Below, in pieces: positions 60,501 through 64,000 of a stretch of 64,000 nt of DNA (within the stretch, counting starts at the first letter, position 1; each line of letters opens with the position of its first letter). Both the position numbers and the translations under genes were made by a program. The notes below the pieces were generated by a model. That model did no database searches and was not told where the DNA came from. It saw only the letters and a program-made list of their open reading frames with translations. Source of the DNA: Bilabrum cf. latius (lineage: Eukaryota); the NCBI GenBank assembly GCA_965178125.1, contig OZ237741.1:992001-1056000 (forward strand), read 5' to 3'.

Positions 60501-62696
60501 GCTCGATGATGTCACTGAGGGCTACACAAGGGTCGCAAGCCTGGACGGCTCGGTGCGAGTATCAACGCTGCCACTCGACGATCCTGATGGGGGACTTGCG
60601 TTTGCCCAGTGGTTGTGAGGCAGGTGGCAGGCTATCTTGTCCATGGCGAGAGCCGACGCAAAGTGTTGAAATGGAAACCGCGCAAGCCATGCAAGCGACT
60701 GCCTTTGTGTTTTGCTAACGAGACCCATAGCAGTGATGGAAATTTTCAGGCCTGGCCCTTGACCCTTTGATTGCATCGCCGAACGGAACAACTTCGAAGC
60801 GCGGCGCAGCACGCCAGCGCTCTGCATCGCCGCAGCCCTGGACTTAAGGTTTTGGCCCAGAAAGTCGTAGCGATCAAAGAGTGAGCAGAGAGCAGCTTGA
60901 TCCTCGCGATCTTGGTCAAGCTCTGGCCGGGTGCCAGGCAATCGAAGGTGGGCCCTATCTGATGCCCTCGTTCTTTCCCCATCGCTCGCCCTTCGTGCTG
61001 CCAGAACCACAGGCTTGGTCTCGAATGCAGTGACACCAGCATCTAGGCATTCCTGCGCAAATGACGGCACCTGGCTCACCACTGTGCGCAAAATGGCAGT
61101 CTGTTGCCTGCGCGCTGCCACAGTTGACAGCAGGAGCTCCCTTTCGGCCATCTCAGCACGCCATCGGAGGTACACGGAATCGATGCCCATGACGATGGGT
61201 ATGAGCATCGATTCAAGTATAAGGAGTGACACAAGAAAGAACGTGATACCGAGCCCATTCAGCCCCACAGGACTCGCGAAGTCATACCTAGTGGCAGCTG
61301 GAAGCAGGTCAATGTCCCCACGACCGAGAGGCCAGGAATCCCCAAGGCTGCTGATCACTGCGTGTAGCACTGCTGTCCAGATCGTGTAGAATAGCTGCAG
61401 GCCGACCCACGGAATAGCCGCCCTATCATAGTCCAGTCTGGCCAGCGCGGGCCATAGAATCCACATGGAGAGGACCTTATTGCTGCCCCTACCTGGCCCA
61501 ACGAACAGGTCCAGTGCCATGCCCAGGATCGTGAACAGAACAAGCGTACCGACTGGGATGCCAATCATCCCGAGGAATCGGATCGCTTCTAGTAGTCTCT
61601 CCTTTGGATCCCTCGACCAATTAGCCTCAAACGGTCGGGCCCCGTCGCTTGCAGTACCGGTGCCAGTACTGACCATGGCATGATAGGCCCACCCCGATGA
61701 CCTGCCCGCCGACGGGGACTCTGCGACCATTGCTTCGCTGGATGCATTTAGTCTCGTGTCCCCTTTCCCTCCATTGTCATATTCCTGACCTCCAACCTGT
61801 GAACCAGCTTCCTCGCGGACCCGCAACGGTCTGAAACCCGATGTAGATGCCAGAGCTCCAACGTGGCATGGGCCCACGGCAACCTCGCCTTCGAGCATGG
61901 TCTCGTCAACGGACTCTTCAGAGGGCAGTACCTGGCGATAGCCTGCCAAGGAAACCATCCGCTTTGAAGTGGACTCCTTCGAGGTTGCACTTTCTGGCGT
62001 GGTGCGAGAAGCAATTTCGCTGGGCATGCGCATGCTGTCTCGGCTATCAATGCGGCTTGCTCCTGCTACTCGTTCACTTGGACCGGCTCTACTTGAATTG
62101 GCGGGGAGTGATAGATCATCCCACAGTTTGTGAGCCCATACGGTTGCCATCTGTCGCCCGCGATCATCTGAGCCCGCGTGGGGAGGTAGACAGCACTAGC
62201 TGGTGTCCCACCACAGGGGCCACATGCAGAGCAACAGCGATCTAGCCAGGGTTACCACGCAATGGCTGTTCAGGTTCTCGCCATTCACGGTCAAATGGGA
62301 CTCATAGATGCACTCTTGGCAAGGCATCCAGTTTACACGATTGATGTCTTTCGTTTGACCCGCGGACTCAACTTGCGCCTCTAAACCTGGTTGGCTAGGA
62401 TCAGCACCCGACTGCTGCGAAGAGCCATCTTCAGTGCGTGAAGTCGCCCGAACATCTTCAAGTATCGAGGCCCAAGCTCGAAGCCAACAAGATGATGCAG
62501 CAGAAAGTAGCGCAAGGCACACGACAAGACCAACAACGGCTGCAGGATCTGTCGGTCGAGCAGACATGATAGATGGTGCATCACCGGCACCTAAGGCACG
62601 AGGCGACAGGCAGAACCCAAATACCACGACTGCAAATAATGCAGTTGAGACGGCCCAGCATGAAATTATTGGCAAATTGCTGACCCCTACTGCCAT
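54507..62696 (-). CDS. Giant multi-pass membrane protein with degenerate nucleotide-cyclase-like segments and C-terminal Ser/Thr kinase (~2730 aa)
   Basis: Thirteen track ORFs share one frame joined by at least 22 TAGs with no TAA/TGA until TGA54507. Kinase motifs LGEGGFAKV, VALK, HRDLKPSN, DFG, GTPMYMAPE, DYFSLG. Two hydrophobic clusters. Start uncertain. Confidence 0.8.
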
Positions 62697-62988
62697 GACT
62701 TGCGCTACTTCACTTCTACTGTCCGTTTGCTCTTCACCAGCTGCTGTGTGCCGGGTCAAGATTGGAGAGTGGTGATTCGAAATCAAGTCATGAAGGAGAA
62801 AAGTACATAAATTCAAAACGAGCTTAATTTTCCCCGACAACACCGCAAAACTAGCGCAGCAACATCTCACCTCTCGAGATCACCGCAGCCCATGCAGATA
62901 TGACATCCAGTTCCTGCACGAACCAATTACTCTAGTTGAATTGCACGAGCAGTATAATCACAATTTCTGAGCTACAGGCAATGTTTTG

Positions 62989-63612
62989 ATGGCAATCGAG
63001 AGAGCAATGGAGGACCAAAATCACAGAAGCTTTACGTGTCTTCATCATTCATTTCTAGACGGTCGCAAGGCCGTGCGACGTCCGGCGATAATCTCTACGC
63101 CGGACGAGAACGGCATCGTGGACGTCGTCTTTGAGCTGAACGGCGAGCAAAGAAAGATCGGTGTCACCGACGCTGAGTTTGCCAAGTCTGGCATGGCAAA
63201 GACGGTCAGAAAGGCGGACAAGGGCAAGCGAGGCGAGCTCGGTGCTCCCATGCCCGGCGTGGTGGTGGCTGTGAAGGTAGCGGTCGGAGACGAGGTCAAG
63301 GAGGGTGAGCCGTTCGTTACGCTGAGCGCGATGAAGATGGAGACGGTGGTGGGTGCACCCACTGACGGTGTCGTGAAGGAGGTATGCATCGGGACCGGCG
63401 ACACGGTGTCGGCCGGCGACGTGCTCGCGGTTGTGGGGGATACCGAGTTGCTTGTGTTTCATTATAGGGATATACCTAGTCTGGAGCGACAATTTATGCA
63501 CATCACCTCTGTCCAAGGCATCGTATTGGGAGCCCTGCAGCCAAGCTTCACGTGCTGTCAATCAGGTTTCGCCATCCTAAGAAGACGTCCGCCCAGTCCG
63601 ACTGGACTCTGA
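62989..63612 (+). pseudogene. Duplicated 3' fragment of pyruvate carboxylase (biotin-carrier domain) in an open frame
   Basis: 63094-63447 is near-identical to 53920-54273. AMKM motif intact; original stop lost. Confidence 0.7.
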
Positions 63613-64000
63613 CATGCCATTCCCACCCGACTCGCTAAGCTCCTGCACACTTGGCAAAGAAGCAACCGCAAAGCGACCCCAAGGATGTCGACCAGCTGGC
63701 TTGTGCCCTCCTGCGGCCTCTGTAATGGTCACCACACAACGGGCTGACGGATCACGAGCACCTCCTGCTGAGCCAGCGGCGGTAGCTGCCGCTTCATGCT
63801 CGCTGCCTTGTGCATCATCGAGTGGCAGACCGCTAGAGTCAGCTCCACGTACCGATCCACCAGCCCCTTGCCCCCGCAGCCTAGTTCTCATCTCTTCTTC
63901 TTTGTCAAGCAGCTTCACCCTCGCTTCTGACCTACTCACTCCAAGGGCCTCCAAATCTCTGTAGGCTGCCTGCTCCGCAGCAAGTTGTCCGATGACGACG
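63562..64000 (-). CDS. 3' end of a tandem paralog of the 54507-62696 kinase gene (partial)
   Basis: EQAAYRDLEALGVSRSEARVKLLDKEEEM...RDPSARCVVTI matches the peptide encoded at 54660-54930. TAG at 63577, TGA 63562; runs off the window. Confidence 0.8.

Noticed and set aside
26-64000. Mass pseudogenisation or sequencing error as the cause of in-frame stops
   Set aside because: Interruptions in the long frames are exclusively TAG with no frameshifts. Decay or C-to-T error would also give TAA and TGA, and catalytic motifs are intact.

Overview
Gene-dense, GC-rich eukaryotic nuclear DNA with GT-AG introns, probably from a flagellated protist (DRC7, TmcB/C-like PAS protein; the lineage is inference). 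Main result: the window uses a non-standard nuclear code in which TAG is a sense codon, most likely Gln, while TAA and TGA remain stops. The fragmented ORF track collapses into about 21 genes once TAG is read through. A manual count gives >80 in-frame TAGs, and every gene model can end at TAA or TGA. Genes: GT47 glycosyltransferase, TmcB/C-like PAS membrane protein, coiled-coil/FYVE protein, GNL3/NUG1-like GTPase, beta-hydroxyacid dehydrogenase, PQQ-type propeller, UBE2Z/BIRC6-type E2, PLAC8, LRR-HlyIII fusion, secreted PPP-like phosphatase, DRC7, C8orf82-like protein, CDC14, RPS9, QCR7, CDF zinc transporter, pyruvate carboxylase, and a ~2700-aa membrane cyclase-like/kinase fusion with a tandem paralog. 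Non-coding highlights: two identical inverted tRNA-Gln(CUG) genes; a 154-bp x11 array whose units repeat the tRNA 3' end; a structured element family downstream of both tRNAs; and an expanded intronic H/ACA snoRNA with the U19/snR191 guide pockets. All family assignments come from motif recognition, not database searches.
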